Positions 48,330-57,553 of a stretch of 64,000 nucleotides of DNA are shown piece by piece. The number at the start of each line of letters is the position of its first letter. Within the stretch, counting starts at the first letter, position 1. A model generated the notes under the pieces. It saw only the letters and a list, made by a program, of their open reading frames with translations. It made no database searches and was not told where the DNA came from. Source of the stretch: Acidimicrobiia bacterium. GTDB taxonomy: Bacteria > Actinomycetota > Acidimicrobiia > Spongiisociales > ZC4RG35. The translations under genes were made by a program, and so were the position numbers. The DNA lies in assembly GCA_965203555.1 (NCBI GenBank), contig CBDBCY010000004.1, forward strand, positions 704,001-768,000, in the 5' to 3' direction.

Positions 48330-48379
48330 CGCACCTGGAACCCCGCCCATGACGGCTTACGGCACAGTCCTGTGACTAC

Positions 48380-49291
48380 TCAATGCTGACGAAAGTCCCG
48401 AAGCGGCATCCGCGGTCCGAACTGGGGCGCCTTCCCGATTTTCTCCAGTAGCCTGACCACCCGCCCGCGGTGCGGGCGGAATGGTTCCAACAACTCCATC
48501 ATCTTCTCGTCGGTTCCCCGGGGTCGGCCGGTCAGATGCCAGACAACCACGTTCTTGAGGTGGAAGTCTCCCACCGCCACCGCGTCGGCGTCCCCGTGGC
48601 TGACCGCCACCGTCTTGGCCGAGGTCCACTCCCCTATCCCCGGGATCTGTTCCAAAAACGTTCGGACCTGCCGGGAAGGAAGGTCAGCCGTCTTCTCGAT
48701 TCGCTCATACCACTGGGCCGCCCTCAGGAGAGTGACCGCTCTTTTCCGCTCCAATCCGAGAGGATGGAGGTCGTAATAACCCAGGGAAGCCAGTCGGCGA
48801 GGATCGGGCGCCAGTCGTACTCCCACCCGCGGCCCCGGCGCCTGCTCCCCCCACCTTCGTACGAGGGCGCGCATGCTGCGAGCCGCTTCCCTTCCCGTGA
48901 CCTTCTGGGCCACAATCGCCGCCCACAGCGCCTCGGACACCAGCCCGGTGGCACCGAATCGCAAACCCGGATTGAAGTGATGGATTCTCCTCACCAAGGG
49001 GTGGTCGGTAACAAAGCTCTCGGGCCGGTCAGCCATTCCCAACCAGCCCTCGGCCCGGGCCCCGATCCAGTCGCTGCCCTCTCCCCAGGCCCTGACCAGC
49101 ACCCGTTCCCGCCCGGAGCGGGTGATCCCGACCGTTGCCGCCCCCTCGGGAGTGCGGACCGCTCTCCACCATCCCCGGTCGGTGAACCGGGCAACCATCT
49201 TGCCCAAGGGCGCCAGTGTGGCTCTCAAATCGAGAGGCCTGCCCTCCAGATCGATCAGCAGCCGCAGATCGGGAGACGATTTGTCAGACAA
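48380..49291 (-). CDS. DNA-3-methyladenine glycosylase (AlkA/HhH-GPD family)
   Basis: AIVAQKV, IPGIGEWT HhH motif, GD.DAV.VGDFHL, PFRPHRGR. Confidence 0.88.
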   Translation of the reverse strand: MSDKSSPDLRLLIDLEGRPLDLRATLAPLGKMVARFTDRGWWRAVRTPEGAATVGITRSGRERVLVRAWGEGSDWIGARAEGWLGMADRPESFVTDHPLVRRIHHFNPGLRFGATGLVSEALWAAIVAQKVTGREAARSMRALVRRWGEQAPGPRVGVRLAPDPRRLASLGYYDLHPLGLERKRAVTLLRAAQWYERIEKTADLPSRQVRTFLEQIPGIGEWTSAKTVAVSHGDADAVAVGDFHLKNVVVWHLTGRPRGTDEKMMELLEPFRPHRGRVVRLLEKIGKAPQFGPRMPLRDFRQH

Positions 49292-49305
49292 TCCTCAGGC
49301 GCCGC

Positions 49306-50037
49306 TCACGATTCCCTGCCGCCCAGGTAGGAGGTGCGCAGATCAGGATGAGCCAACAGCCTCTCGGCCGTGTCGTCCAGCACCACCCGGCCGGTTTGCA
49401 GCACCCAACCCCGGTCGGCGATGGAAAGGGCCATGTTGGCATTCTGCTCCACCATGAACACCGTCATGCCCGCCTGATGAATCTGCTGAATCAATTCGAA
49501 GTTCTGCTGGACCAACGCCGGCGCCAGGCCCATTGACGGCTCATCCATGAGCAACACCCGGGGGCCCGCCATGAGAGCCCTGCCGATCGCCACCATCTGC
49601 TGCTCTCCCCCCGACAACGTGCCCGCCTTCTGACTCAATCGCTCCTTTACCCTGGGAAACAGTTCGAAGACCCGCTCCATGTCGGCGTGGATCTGCCCGG
49701 TGTCCTTCCGCAGGTAGGCCCCCAGTTCCAGGTTGTCCTTCACGGAGAGACGCTTGAACAACCGCCGGTTCTCGGGCACCATGGTCACCCCTTTTCTGAC
49801 CCGGTAACTGATGGGCCTCTCGGTCACCACTTCACCGTCGAGCAACACCTGACCCGAGGTCGGAATGAGCATTCCCAGCAAGGTCTTGAGGGTGGTGGAC
49901 TTCCCGCTGGCGTTTCCTCCCAGCAGACACACCAATTCGCCTTCATAGATGGCCAGGTCCACGTCTTTGAGGGCATGGACCGCCCCGTAGTGGGCATTGA
50001 CCGAACGCATCTCCAGCAGGGGGTGGGATTTCTTCAT
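49306..50037 (-). CDS. livF: branched-chain amino acid ABC transporter ATPase
   Basis: GGNASGKST, LSGGEQQM, DEPSMGLAP, VEQNA. Confidence 0.93.
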   Translation of the reverse strand: MKKSHPLLEMRSVNAHYGAVHALKDVDLAIYEGELVCLLGGNASGKSTTLKTLLGMLIPTSGQVLLDGEVVTERPISYRVRKGVTMVPENRRLFKRLSVKDNLELGAYLRKDTGQIHADMERVFELFPRVKERLSQKAGTLSGGEQQMVAIGRALMAGPRVLLMDEPSMGLAPALVQQNFELIQQIHQAGMTVFMVEQNANMALSIADRGWVLQTGRVVLDDTAERLLAHPDLRTSYLGGRES

Positions 50038-50822
50038 TTGGTGGTAGCTCCGTGACCCAGGTAGGCCTCTATCACGCGAGGATCCGATGAGACCTCGTGA
50101 TAGTCGCCGTCGGCGATCATCGTTCCATGATCCAACACGATCACCCGGTCCGACACCTCCCGCACCACCTCCATGTCGTGCTCGATCACCACGATGGTGA
50201 AACCCCACTCCTCCCGGAGTCGACCGATCAGTCCGGTGAGTTCGGCGGACTCCACCGGGTTCATTCCGGCGACCGGCTCGTCCAGCAGCAACAGCTTGGG
50301 CTGGGTGGCCATGGCCCGAGCGATCTCCAGGCGGCGCCGGTTGGCGTAGGATAGGACCGCGGCGGGCTGGTCCAGGCGGAAACCGACCAGGCGGGTCCCG
50401 AAGAACCCCAGGATCTTCTCGGCGCGGGCCCGGATTTCGGCCTCTTCGCGCCGGAAGGCCCTGGTGTAGAACAGAGCGCCGAACGTGCCCTGCCTGGTCC
50501 GGCAGTGCTGGGAAACCATCACGTTTTCCAGCACGGTCATGTTCGCAAACAGGCGAACGTTCTGGAAGGTGCGGGCCACCCCGCGGGAGGTCACCTGGTT
50601 GGCGTCGAGGCCGAGCAGCGACCTTCCCTCGAATAGGATGGCGCCGGTGGCTTCCACCGAGGCGGTGATGGCGTTGAACAGGGTGGTCTTGCCCGCTCCG
50701 TTCGGACCGATCACCGACACGATTTCCCCCTCATGCACCTGTATGTCCACCCCGTCCAGGGCGCGAAGGCCTCCGAACTCCACCGTGAGACCCCGGATAT
50801 CCAGCAGGGGGCTTCCGTTCAC
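50034..50822 (-). CDS. livG: branched-chain amino acid ABC transporter ATPase
   Basis: FGGL.AL, GPNGAGKTT, ARTFQN, LDEPVAGMN, IEHDM, VIEAYLG. Confidence 0.93.
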   Translation of the reverse strand: MNGSPLLDIRGLTVEFGGLRALDGVDIQVHEGEIVSVIGPNGAGKTTLFNAITASVEATGAILFEGRSLLGLDANQVTSRGVARTFQNVRLFANMTVLENVMVSQHCRTRQGTFGALFYTRAFRREEAEIRARAEKILGFFGTRLVGFRLDQPAAVLSYANRRRLEIARAMATQPKLLLLDEPVAGMNPVESAELTGLIGRLREEWGFTIVVIEHDMEVVREVSDRVIVLDHGTMIADGDYHEVSSDPRVIEAYLGHGATTK

Positions 50823-52654
50823 GGTCCGCCGTCCGATTCCGCGGCCTGCCCCGCCCCGCCGGTCCGGGGAGCCTCGTCGTCGTCGTCGGTGTCGATTTCT
50901 CCCCTCAGCCAGGCGTCCTGCAGGAATTCTTCTTGATGGAGCTCCCGCGAACGGCGGGCGCTGGGAATCAGCCCCTCGGGACGGGCGAGCATCATCCACA
51001 CCAGCAACGCACCGTAGATGAGCAGCTTGAACTCGGAGAATTCCACCAGCAAACCGGGTTGCTTGGGTCCCCCGAGCACCCCGATCAGCACCACTGCTCC
51101 GGCTATCACCCCGAAGATGTTGCCCATGCCTCCGAAAATCACCACCACCAGGATGATGATGGAGACCAGGATGAGGAAGCTGGTGGGAAACACCGACCCC
51201 ACTTTGGCCACGAAAATGGCACCGCCGAACGATCCCAGCACCGCTCCGACCACAAACGCCATCAGTTTGACGTTGACCGTGTTTATCCCCATCGCCTCGG
51301 CCACCGGTTCGTCCTCCCGCACCGCCATCCAGGCCCTCCCCAGCCGGGAGCGCTCCAAGCGCCACGAAATGTAGATGGCGATGGCGCAGAAGAACAGCAC
51401 CAGATAGAAGACCCGGCGGGGGTTGGTGCCGTCCACGGTGAGCAGGCCGAACACATCCACCCCGTCGATGGCGGTTATTCCCTGCGATCCCCCGAACCAA
51501 CCCGACAGCCAGTCGGACAGAAACAGCAGGCGAATGATCTCACCGAATCCCAGGGTCACTATCGCCAGGTAGTCGCCGCGCATCCGGATCACGGGAGCGC
51601 CGATGAAAAGACCCACCAGGATGGCGATGAAGACCACCAGGATCAACGCCACGAACCAGGGAAACTCGGGTGCGATCCTGGGCGAGGTGGCCGCGGTTAG
51701 CACGGCGGTGGAGTAACTGCCCACCGCAAAGAACGCCACATAGCCAAGGTCCAGAATTCCGGCCAGGCCCACGACCACGTTGAGGCCCAGGGCCAGCAGC
51801 ACGAACAGACCGATATTGGCCATCAGTTCGTTGGTCAGTTTGCCCACCAGCAGCGGCAGGAGGACCAGGACGACTCCCACACCGGCGATCAGGGTGAGAT
51901 TGGCCCGGGTGCGTTTGGGGCCTTCCATCGCCTGGAGCCGGGCCCCGGCGGCCTTGATTCTTCCCTGACCCACCCGGGAAATAACCCCCGACACGACAGC
52001 CAGCGCCGCCGCACCGAGCAGCGTGACCCCTCCCCGCGGCGCGTACAACCACTCGACCAGCACCTCGAGATTCACCCCCTCCACCAGATCGACCACCAGT
52101 GATTCCAAAATGGCGGCCCCCACCACCGTGAGCGCCATGGTCATGATCACCTTCTGAGTCCGCGAAGACGCCAGCCGAAGCGTTCCTCCCACCAACCCCA
52201 GTCCCGCTCCCACCGCCAGCCAGACGATGAATCCCACGCCCGTCCCGCGTCCAAAACTCAATAGCTCCAGCAGTTGCGGGCTCCAGTTGATCAGGGGATC
52301 CCGCAGGTCGAAATTGGTCAGCAGCAGGACCAGGACCGCCAGACCCCCACCCGTCATCAGTCCGCCGGTCGTGGCGGCGACCAGCAACTCTCTCCTGCTC
52401 GGCGGGTTCCCCAAGAATTCCGAGTGCTCCGGTCGGCGACCGAGCAGGACGCCGACCACCAGGGGAGCGACCAGTATCACCAGGTATCCGAGACTCAGGA
52501 TGGGCACGACGATCTCTCTCACGTCGAGTCGGACGGGCATTCCCGAAAGAGATATGAAAATCTGCCCGACGGCGCCCAGGGCCCCGATCCTGATCACTCG
52601 CCGCCACCGGGCGGGCAAGCGGCGGATCAGCAAGGGTCCGGCGGTGGTGGTCAC
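50819..52654 (-). CDS. livM: branched-chain amino acid ABC permease with a long N-terminal membrane extension
   Basis: GLNVVVGLAGILDLGYVAFF, RMRGDYLAIVTLGFGE, GRAWMAVREDE, RPEGL; about 270 extra N-terminal residues. Confidence 0.9.
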   Translation of the reverse strand: MTTTAGPLLIRRLPARWRRVIRIGALGAVGQIFISLSGMPVRLDVREIVVPILSLGYLVILVAPLVVGVLLGRRPEHSEFLGNPPSRRELLVAATTGGLMTGGGLAVLVLLLTNFDLRDPLINWSPQLLELLSFGRGTGVGFIVWLAVGAGLGLVGGTLRLASSRTQKVIMTMALTVVGAAILESLVVDLVEGVNLEVLVEWLYAPRGGVTLLGAAALAVVSGVISRVGQGRIKAAGARLQAMEGPKRTRANLTLIAGVGVVLVLLPLLVGKLTNELMANIGLFVLLALGLNVVVGLAGILDLGYVAFFAVGSYSTAVLTAATSPRIAPEFPWFVALILVVFIAILVGLFIGAPVIRMRGDYLAIVTLGFGEIIRLLFLSDWLSGWFGGSQGITAIDGVDVFGLLTVDGTNPRRVFYLVLFFCAIAIYISWRLERSRLGRAWMAVREDEPVAEAMGINTVNVKLMAFVVGAVLGSFGGAIFVAKVGSVFPTSFLILVSIIILVVVIFGGMGNIFGVIAGAVVLIGVLGGPKQPGLLVEFSEFKLLIYGALLVWMMLARPEGLIPSARRSRELHQEEFLQDAWLRGEIDTDDDDEAPRTGGAGQAAESDGGP

Positions 52655-53757
52655 GCCCGGTCCTCCGCCGAGAGGCGCTCCCCGAACAGTCCGCTGGGTT
52701 TGAGGAGCAGAACGCCGATCAACATGGCGAAAGCGACCGCGTCCCTCAACTGCGACACGCCGCTAACCCCCAGCGGCTCCAGGATGAGCAGTGGGCCGGT
52801 CGACTCGGCCAGACCGATGAACAGACCTCCCGCCATCGAACCCCCCAGATTGCCGATCCCGCCCACCACGGCCGAACTGAAGGCCTTGATGCCGGGGAGG
52901 AACCCGGTGTAGTGAATGACGCTGCGGAACAGGACCCCCCACAAGATGCCGGCCACGCCGGCCATGGCGCCGCCCACCGCAAAGACCTTGACGATGGTCC
53001 GGTTGACATTGACGCCCATCAGCCCGGCGATCTCCTGGTCCTCGGCCACCGCCCTCATCGCCTTGCCGGTCTTGGTGCGTTCCACCAGCAACCACAGACC
53101 CAGCATCGCCAGGGCGGCGACGATGATCACCATGATCTTGGTGCCTTCGATCTCAAGGAAGGTGCGCTTGGCCGTCAGCCAGTCGGGCATGTCCGGGTAG
53201 GCCTTGCTGGTGGGGCCGAGCAGCACCACCGACGTGTTCTGGATGAAAAAGGAGATGCCGATGGAGGTGATGAGGGGAATCAGGCGGGGAGCTTTACGCA
53301 AGGGACGGTATGCGACCCTTTCCATTATCACCGCGGTCAGAGTGCAGACCAGCATGGAGACCACCACGATGAACAGCAGCGACCCCACGAAGTTGGTCTC
53401 CCACAGACCGGCCTCGTCCAGCTTGTTGGAGGTGATCATTCCGGTCATCGCCCCGACCATAAAGACTTCCCCGTGGGCAAAGTTGATGAAACCGAGGACA
53501 CCGTACACCATGGAATAGCCCAGCGCGATCAGTCCGTACATCGCTCCCTGCGCCAACCCGGAAATCACCAGACCCCGAAACTGGGCGGTGGTGAGGCCGG
53601 TGGCGTCGGGATTGACCACCCGGGCAAAAGGATTGTCGACGCTGATCTGCTGCGCTATGAAAGCCAGCAGGCCCACCGTCAACACTGTCAGAGCCAGGAC
53701 GCGCAGGATGGTGAGAAACCAGTCGACCTTGGTTCTGGGAACCCAGTTGCTAGCCAT
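52651..53757 (-). CDS. livH: branched-chain amino acid ABC permease
   Basis: YGLIALGYSMVYGVLGFINFAHGE, ERVAYRPLR, GKAMRAVA, GGIG, PSGLFG. Confidence 0.93.
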   Translation of the reverse strand: MASNWVPRTKVDWFLTILRVLALTVLTVGLLAFIAQQISVDNPFARVVNPDATGLTTAQFRGLVISGLAQGAMYGLIALGYSMVYGVLGFINFAHGEVFMVGAMTGMITSNKLDEAGLWETNFVGSLLFIVVVSMLVCTLTAVIMERVAYRPLRKAPRLIPLITSIGISFFIQNTSVVLLGPTSKAYPDMPDWLTAKRTFLEIEGTKIMVIIVAALAMLGLWLLVERTKTGKAMRAVAEDQEIAGLMGVNVNRTIVKVFAVGGAMAGVAGILWGVLFRSVIHYTGFLPGIKAFSSAVVGGIGNLGGSMAGGLFIGLAESTGPLLILEPLGVSGVSQLRDAVAFAMLIGVLLLKPSGLFGERLSAEDRA

Positions 53758-53861
53758 TACTGCTCCAAATAGGGACGATGCCGAAGCTTACACGCTTATA
53801 CGTGCTCACCTCGGCATCGTCCGTTAGTTTCTCAGTTCTCGTGGAGTGGCCTATTCAGAGA

Positions 53862-56447
53862 TCAGCCTCCACCGGAATAGACGACATTGCCCATACTGGC
53901 CTCCGGATTGTCGGAATTCTCGTGGTAAACCACCGTGATCTTTCCGGAACCGCAGTCGCCGAAATCGTCACAACTAATCACACCGATCAGCCCCTGATAG
54001 CCGGAAACGTCGTCGAGGTATGCACGCACCCCCTGTCGGTCGACTACCAGGGCGCCGTCCTCGTTGATGTGCGAGGCGCGGGCGATGGCGTCCAACAGCA
54101 TGGTGGTCGCGTCGTAGCCGTGCGCCCAGAACGGAGCGGCAGGCGGTTCGCCGTAGTCCCTCTCGTAGGCGGCCAGGAAGTCATTCGCCGACTTCCCGGT
54201 GCTCTCGTTGACGTTTTCGCCGAACCGGGTGTCGGGACCGGAGAAATACATGCCCTCGGTCTGGGAGAGAGCCAGATACGAAGTGTTCAGCAGACCGTCG
54301 GCCGCAAGCAGCACGGTGTCCTCCAGGCCCGCAACCCCCGGCGCCTGCTCAGCGATGAAGTCGCCGGCGGGCTGGAAGATCGGGAAGAACAGGGCACCCG
54401 GACTGCCGGCCGCGATCTCGGTCAGCACCGGCACCATGTCGGTGTCCTCCTTGTTCACGGCCGAGAAGCCGGTCACGTCACCACCCAATAGAGCAAACGC
54501 ATCGGTGAACGCCTTGGCCAGACCCTGCGTGTAGGGATCTCCGTCATGGATGGCGGCCGCGGCCGTTATGCCGAGTTCGCTGTAGACAAAGTCCGCCATG
54601 ACCCGACCTTGGAACAGGTCGTTGTGGGCCGTCCGGTAGTAGCCATAGCTGTAGTTCGGTCCGGCCGTACCAGCCAGGTCCGAGGTGAGCGCCGGTGACG
54701 TGTTGCCACCCGAAATCAGCACCATCCCCGCATCGGTGATCAAAGGCGCCGCGGCGGTGGCCGCGCCCGAACACGAGGTTCCGATCACACCGATCACGTC
54801 CTCGTCGGCAACGATGATCTGGGCCGCGGCCTGACCTCCGTCGTTGGAACACAGGTCGTCGAGTCCGGTGCCCATATCGACATCGAAGCCATGAATCTGC
54901 CCATAATCCGCAATCGCCAGAACCACGGACCGTTCAATAGGAAGACCGAAGAAGGCCACATCGCCCGTAATAGCGTTCAGGGAGCGGATCTGGATGGCTT
55001 CTCCCGGCTCTACCAGAACAGTACCCAGAGAGCCGTCGCCAAGGGGTTCCATCGCTCCCTCTCCGCTGCCTCCTCCGGAGTAGACAACGTTGCCCATAGT
55101 TGCCTCGGGATCGGCAGAGCTGGAGTGATAGACCACTGTGATCAGTTGAGAACCGCAGTCGCCGAAGTCATCACAACTGATGAGCCCGATGAGACCCTGG
55201 TAGTCCTCGATGTTGTCGAGGTACTCGCGTACTCCCTGACGGTCGACCATCAATGAGCCGTCCTCGGAGATGTACGAAGCGGCCTCGATGGCATCCAGCA
55301 GCATGGTGGTCGCGTCGTAGCCGTGCGCCCAGAACGGAGCGGCAGGCGGTTCGCCGTAGTCCCTCTCGTAGGCGGCCAGGAAGTCATTCGCCGACTTCCC
55401 GGTGCTCTCGTTGACGTTTTCGCCGAACCGGGTGTCGGGACCGGAGAAGTACATGCCCTCGGTCTGGGAGAGAGCCAGATACGAAGTGTTCAGCAGACCG
55501 TCGGCCGCAAGCAGCACGGTCTCCTCCAAGCCGGAGACGCCGGGCGCTTGCTCAGCGATGAAGTCGCCGGCGGGCTGGAAGATCGGGAAGAACAGGGCAC
55601 CCGGACTGCCGGCCGCGATCTCGGTCAGCACCGGCACCATGTCGGTGTCCTCCTTGTTCACGGCCGAGAAGCCGGTCACGTCACCACCCAGCGCGTCGAA
55701 CGCATCGGTGAACGCCTTCGCCAAACCCTGCGTGTACGGATCTCCGTCATGGATGGCGGCCGCCGTGCCAATGCCCAGTTCGTTGAAGACGAACTCGGCC
55801 ATGACCCTGCCCTGGAACAGGTCGTTGTGGGCCGTCCGGTAGTAGCCATAGCTGTAGTTCGGTCCGGCCGTACCAGCCAGGTCCGAGGTGAGCGCCGGTG
55901 ACGTGTTGCCACCCGAAATCAGCACCATCCCCGCATCGGTGATCAAAGGCGCCGCGGCGGTGGCCGCGCCGGAACACGAGGTTCCGATCACACCGATCAC
56001 GTCCTCGTCGGCAACGATGATCTGGGCCGCGGCCTGACCTCCGTCGTTGGAACACAGGTCGTCGAGTCCGGTGCCCATATCGACATCGAAGCCATGAATC
56101 TGCCCATAATCGGCAATCGCCAGAACCACGGAACGTTCGATGGGAAGACCGAAGAAAGCCACATCACCCGTAATAGCGTTCAGAGACCTGATCTGAACGG
56201 CGTCACCCGGCTCTACCTCCACAACACCCAAAGAACCGTCGCCGAGATGCTCCATCATAGGCATCTCCTCGCCCACCTCTGCGGGGGGCGCGGTGGTCTC
56301 GGTCCCAGCCGCGGGCGCGGTGGTCTCAGTCGCAGACGGCTCCTCGGCATCGCCGTCACCGCAGGCTGAAGCCACGAGCGCCAGACAGGACAGCACCACC
56401 ACCGCCTTCAGGAAGGTCCTAAATCGGGAAGTCCTTCTAACAAACAT
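53862..56447 (-). CDS. livK: LivK/LivJ-type substrate-binding lipoprotein with two tandem binding modules
   Basis: Lipobox VASAC; two ~400-aa copies each with DD.C, IGTSCSG, ISGGNT, YYRTAHND, YDAT. Confidence 0.88.
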   Translation of the reverse strand: MFVRRTSRFRTFLKAVVVLSCLALVASACGDGDAEEPSATETTAPAAGTETTAPPAEVGEEMPMMEHLGDGSLGVVEVEPGDAVQIRSLNAITGDVAFFGLPIERSVVLAIADYGQIHGFDVDMGTGLDDLCSNDGGQAAAQIIVADEDVIGVIGTSCSGAATAAAPLITDAGMVLISGGNTSPALTSDLAGTAGPNYSYGYYRTAHNDLFQGRVMAEFVFNELGIGTAAAIHDGDPYTQGLAKAFTDAFDALGGDVTGFSAVNKEDTDMVPVLTEIAAGSPGALFFPIFQPAGDFIAEQAPGVSGLEETVLLAADGLLNTSYLALSQTEGMYFSGPDTRFGENVNESTGKSANDFLAAYERDYGEPPAAPFWAHGYDATTMLLDAIEAASYISEDGSLMVDRQGVREYLDNIEDYQGLIGLISCDDFGDCGSQLITVVYHSSSADPEATMGNVVYSGGGSGEGAMEPLGDGSLGTVLVEPGEAIQIRSLNAITGDVAFFGLPIERSVVLAIADYGQIHGFDVDMGTGLDDLCSNDGGQAAAQIIVADEDVIGVIGTSCSGAATAAAPLITDAGMVLISGGNTSPALTSDLAGTAGPNYSYGYYRTAHNDLFQGRVMADFVYSELGITAAAAIHDGDPYTQGLAKAFTDAFALLGGDVTGFSAVNKEDTDMVPVLTEIAAGSPGALFFPIFQPAGDFIAEQAPGVAGLEDTVLLAADGLLNTSYLALSQTEGMYFSGPDTRFGENVNESTGKSANDFLAAYERDYGEPPAAPFWAHGYDATTMLLDAIARASHINEDGALVVDRQGVRAYLDDVSGYQGLIGVISCDDFGDCGSGKITVVYHENSDNPEASMGNVVYSGGG
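53870..56250. repeat. intragenic direct repeat, 1203-bp period
   Basis: Example: TGCGCCCAGAACGGAGCGGC at both 54121 and 55324; long identical blocks throughout. Confidence 0.95.
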
Positions 56448-56501
56448 AACTAGTCTGCCTCCTTTTCCTTCGAAGTCGGTAGTTCTGCGGGCGTTCGATG
56501 T

Positions 56502-56570
56502 TCAGTCCGCGAGAAAACAGCCTCTTCCCATGTCTGACCCCGTCCTCCGTACAAGGAGGTCCTCCTTCAT
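56502..56570 (-). CDS. candidate leader peptide (uORF) MKEDLLVRRTGSDMGRGCFLAD
   Basis: Perfect AAGGAGG SD a few nt before ATG; Leu-Leu-Val at codons 5-7; ends 54 nt before the livK ATG. Confidence 0.5.
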   Translation of the reverse strand: MKEDLLVRRTGSDMGRGCFLAD

Positions 56571-56582
56571 AAGGACCTCCTT
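56553..56582. promoter_or_regulatory. perfect 11-bp hairpin pairing the uORF SD with an anti-SD
   Basis: AAGGAGGTCCT-CCTTCATA-AGGACCTCCTT on the + strand. Confidence 0.7.
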
Positions 56583-56710
56583 TTTCGAAGACAAAATGCA
56601 CCGCACCCGAAATGATAGTGCGCTTTGGGTAAATTATTTGGGCATCTACAACCGGTTTTCTGACAACACTCTGTGTTCACAGCTTGCGGAATGCAAGCAA
56701 GAGGTATTCT

Positions 56711-57553
56711 CTAACGCCCCTTGGGATGCCACACCGTCTTGATTTCCGTGAACGCGGCAATCCGGTACGGACTCCGGCCGGGGACGTCCCAGCGGCCGAT
56801 GCGCTTGAGATTGTGAGAGGCGGCTTCTTCCAGCCCGGTGGAGAACTCGGAAGAGACCCCCGACAGATCCAGGGCGTTGACATCCATGTGACCGGCCAGC
56901 CAGTGGGCCAGTTCGGCAGAAGACCCGGTGAGGATGTTGACCGCGCCGGGCGGGACATCGGCCGTGGCCACAGCCTCGGCAAAGGTTACGGCGGTGATCG
57001 GCCGCGAGGAGGAAGCCAGCAACACGGCAACGTTACCGCTCACCATCACCGGCGCCAGCGCCCCCACCAATCCCAGCAGAGCCGGTTGGTCGGGAGAAAT
57101 GACACCCACCACTCCCACCGGCTCGGGGGTGGAGATGTTGAAATAGGGCCCCGCCACCGGATTCGTGCTCCCGATCACCTGCTGGTATTTATCACACCAA
57201 CCTGCGTACCAGATCAAGAGATCGATCGCTTCCGACACCTCTCTGCGAGCCGAGTCGATCGGCGCCCCGAGCGCCAACTGGCCGATGAAGGTCTCTGCGC
57301 GGTCTTCGATCATCTCGGCAATCCGATAGAGGATCTGGCCCCGGTTGTAACCGGAACGCCCTTTCCAACCGGGGAGTGCCCGGCGGGCCGCTCGCACCGC
57401 CATTCGCAGGTCCTTGCGGGAAGCCTGGGACATTTGGACGCTCACCGACCCGTCATCTGAGACGTAACCGAAGGTACGCCCGGACTCCGAACGGGGAAAA
57501 CGCCCGTCGATGAAGAGCTTGCAGGTCTTGCGAACAGCCACCCGCTCTTCCAT
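56711..57553 (-). CDS. truncated aldehyde dehydrogenase-like subunit (Rossmann part)
   Basis: KLFIDGRFPRSESGR, YAGWCDK, EPVGVV, VNILTG, EIKTVWHP; no catalytic Cys region. Confidence 0.85.
   Translation of the reverse strand: MEERVAVRKTCKLFIDGRFPRSESGRTFGYVSDDGSVSVQMSQASRKDLRMAVRAARRALPGWKGRSGYNRGQILYRIAEMIEDRAETFIGQLALGAPIDSARREVSEAIDLLIWYAGWCDKYQQVIGSTNPVAGPYFNISTPEPVGVVGVISPDQPALLGLVGALAPVMVSGNVAVLLASSSRPITAVTFAEAVATADVPPGAVNILTGSSAELAHWLAGHMDVNALDLSGVSSEFSTGLEEAASHNLKRIGRWDVPGRSPYRIAAFTEIKTVWHPKGR

Noticed and set aside
53870-56250. DGR template/variable repeat pair
   Set aside because: Differences are mostly synonymous and not adenine-specific, both copies are coding, and there is no reverse transcriptase.
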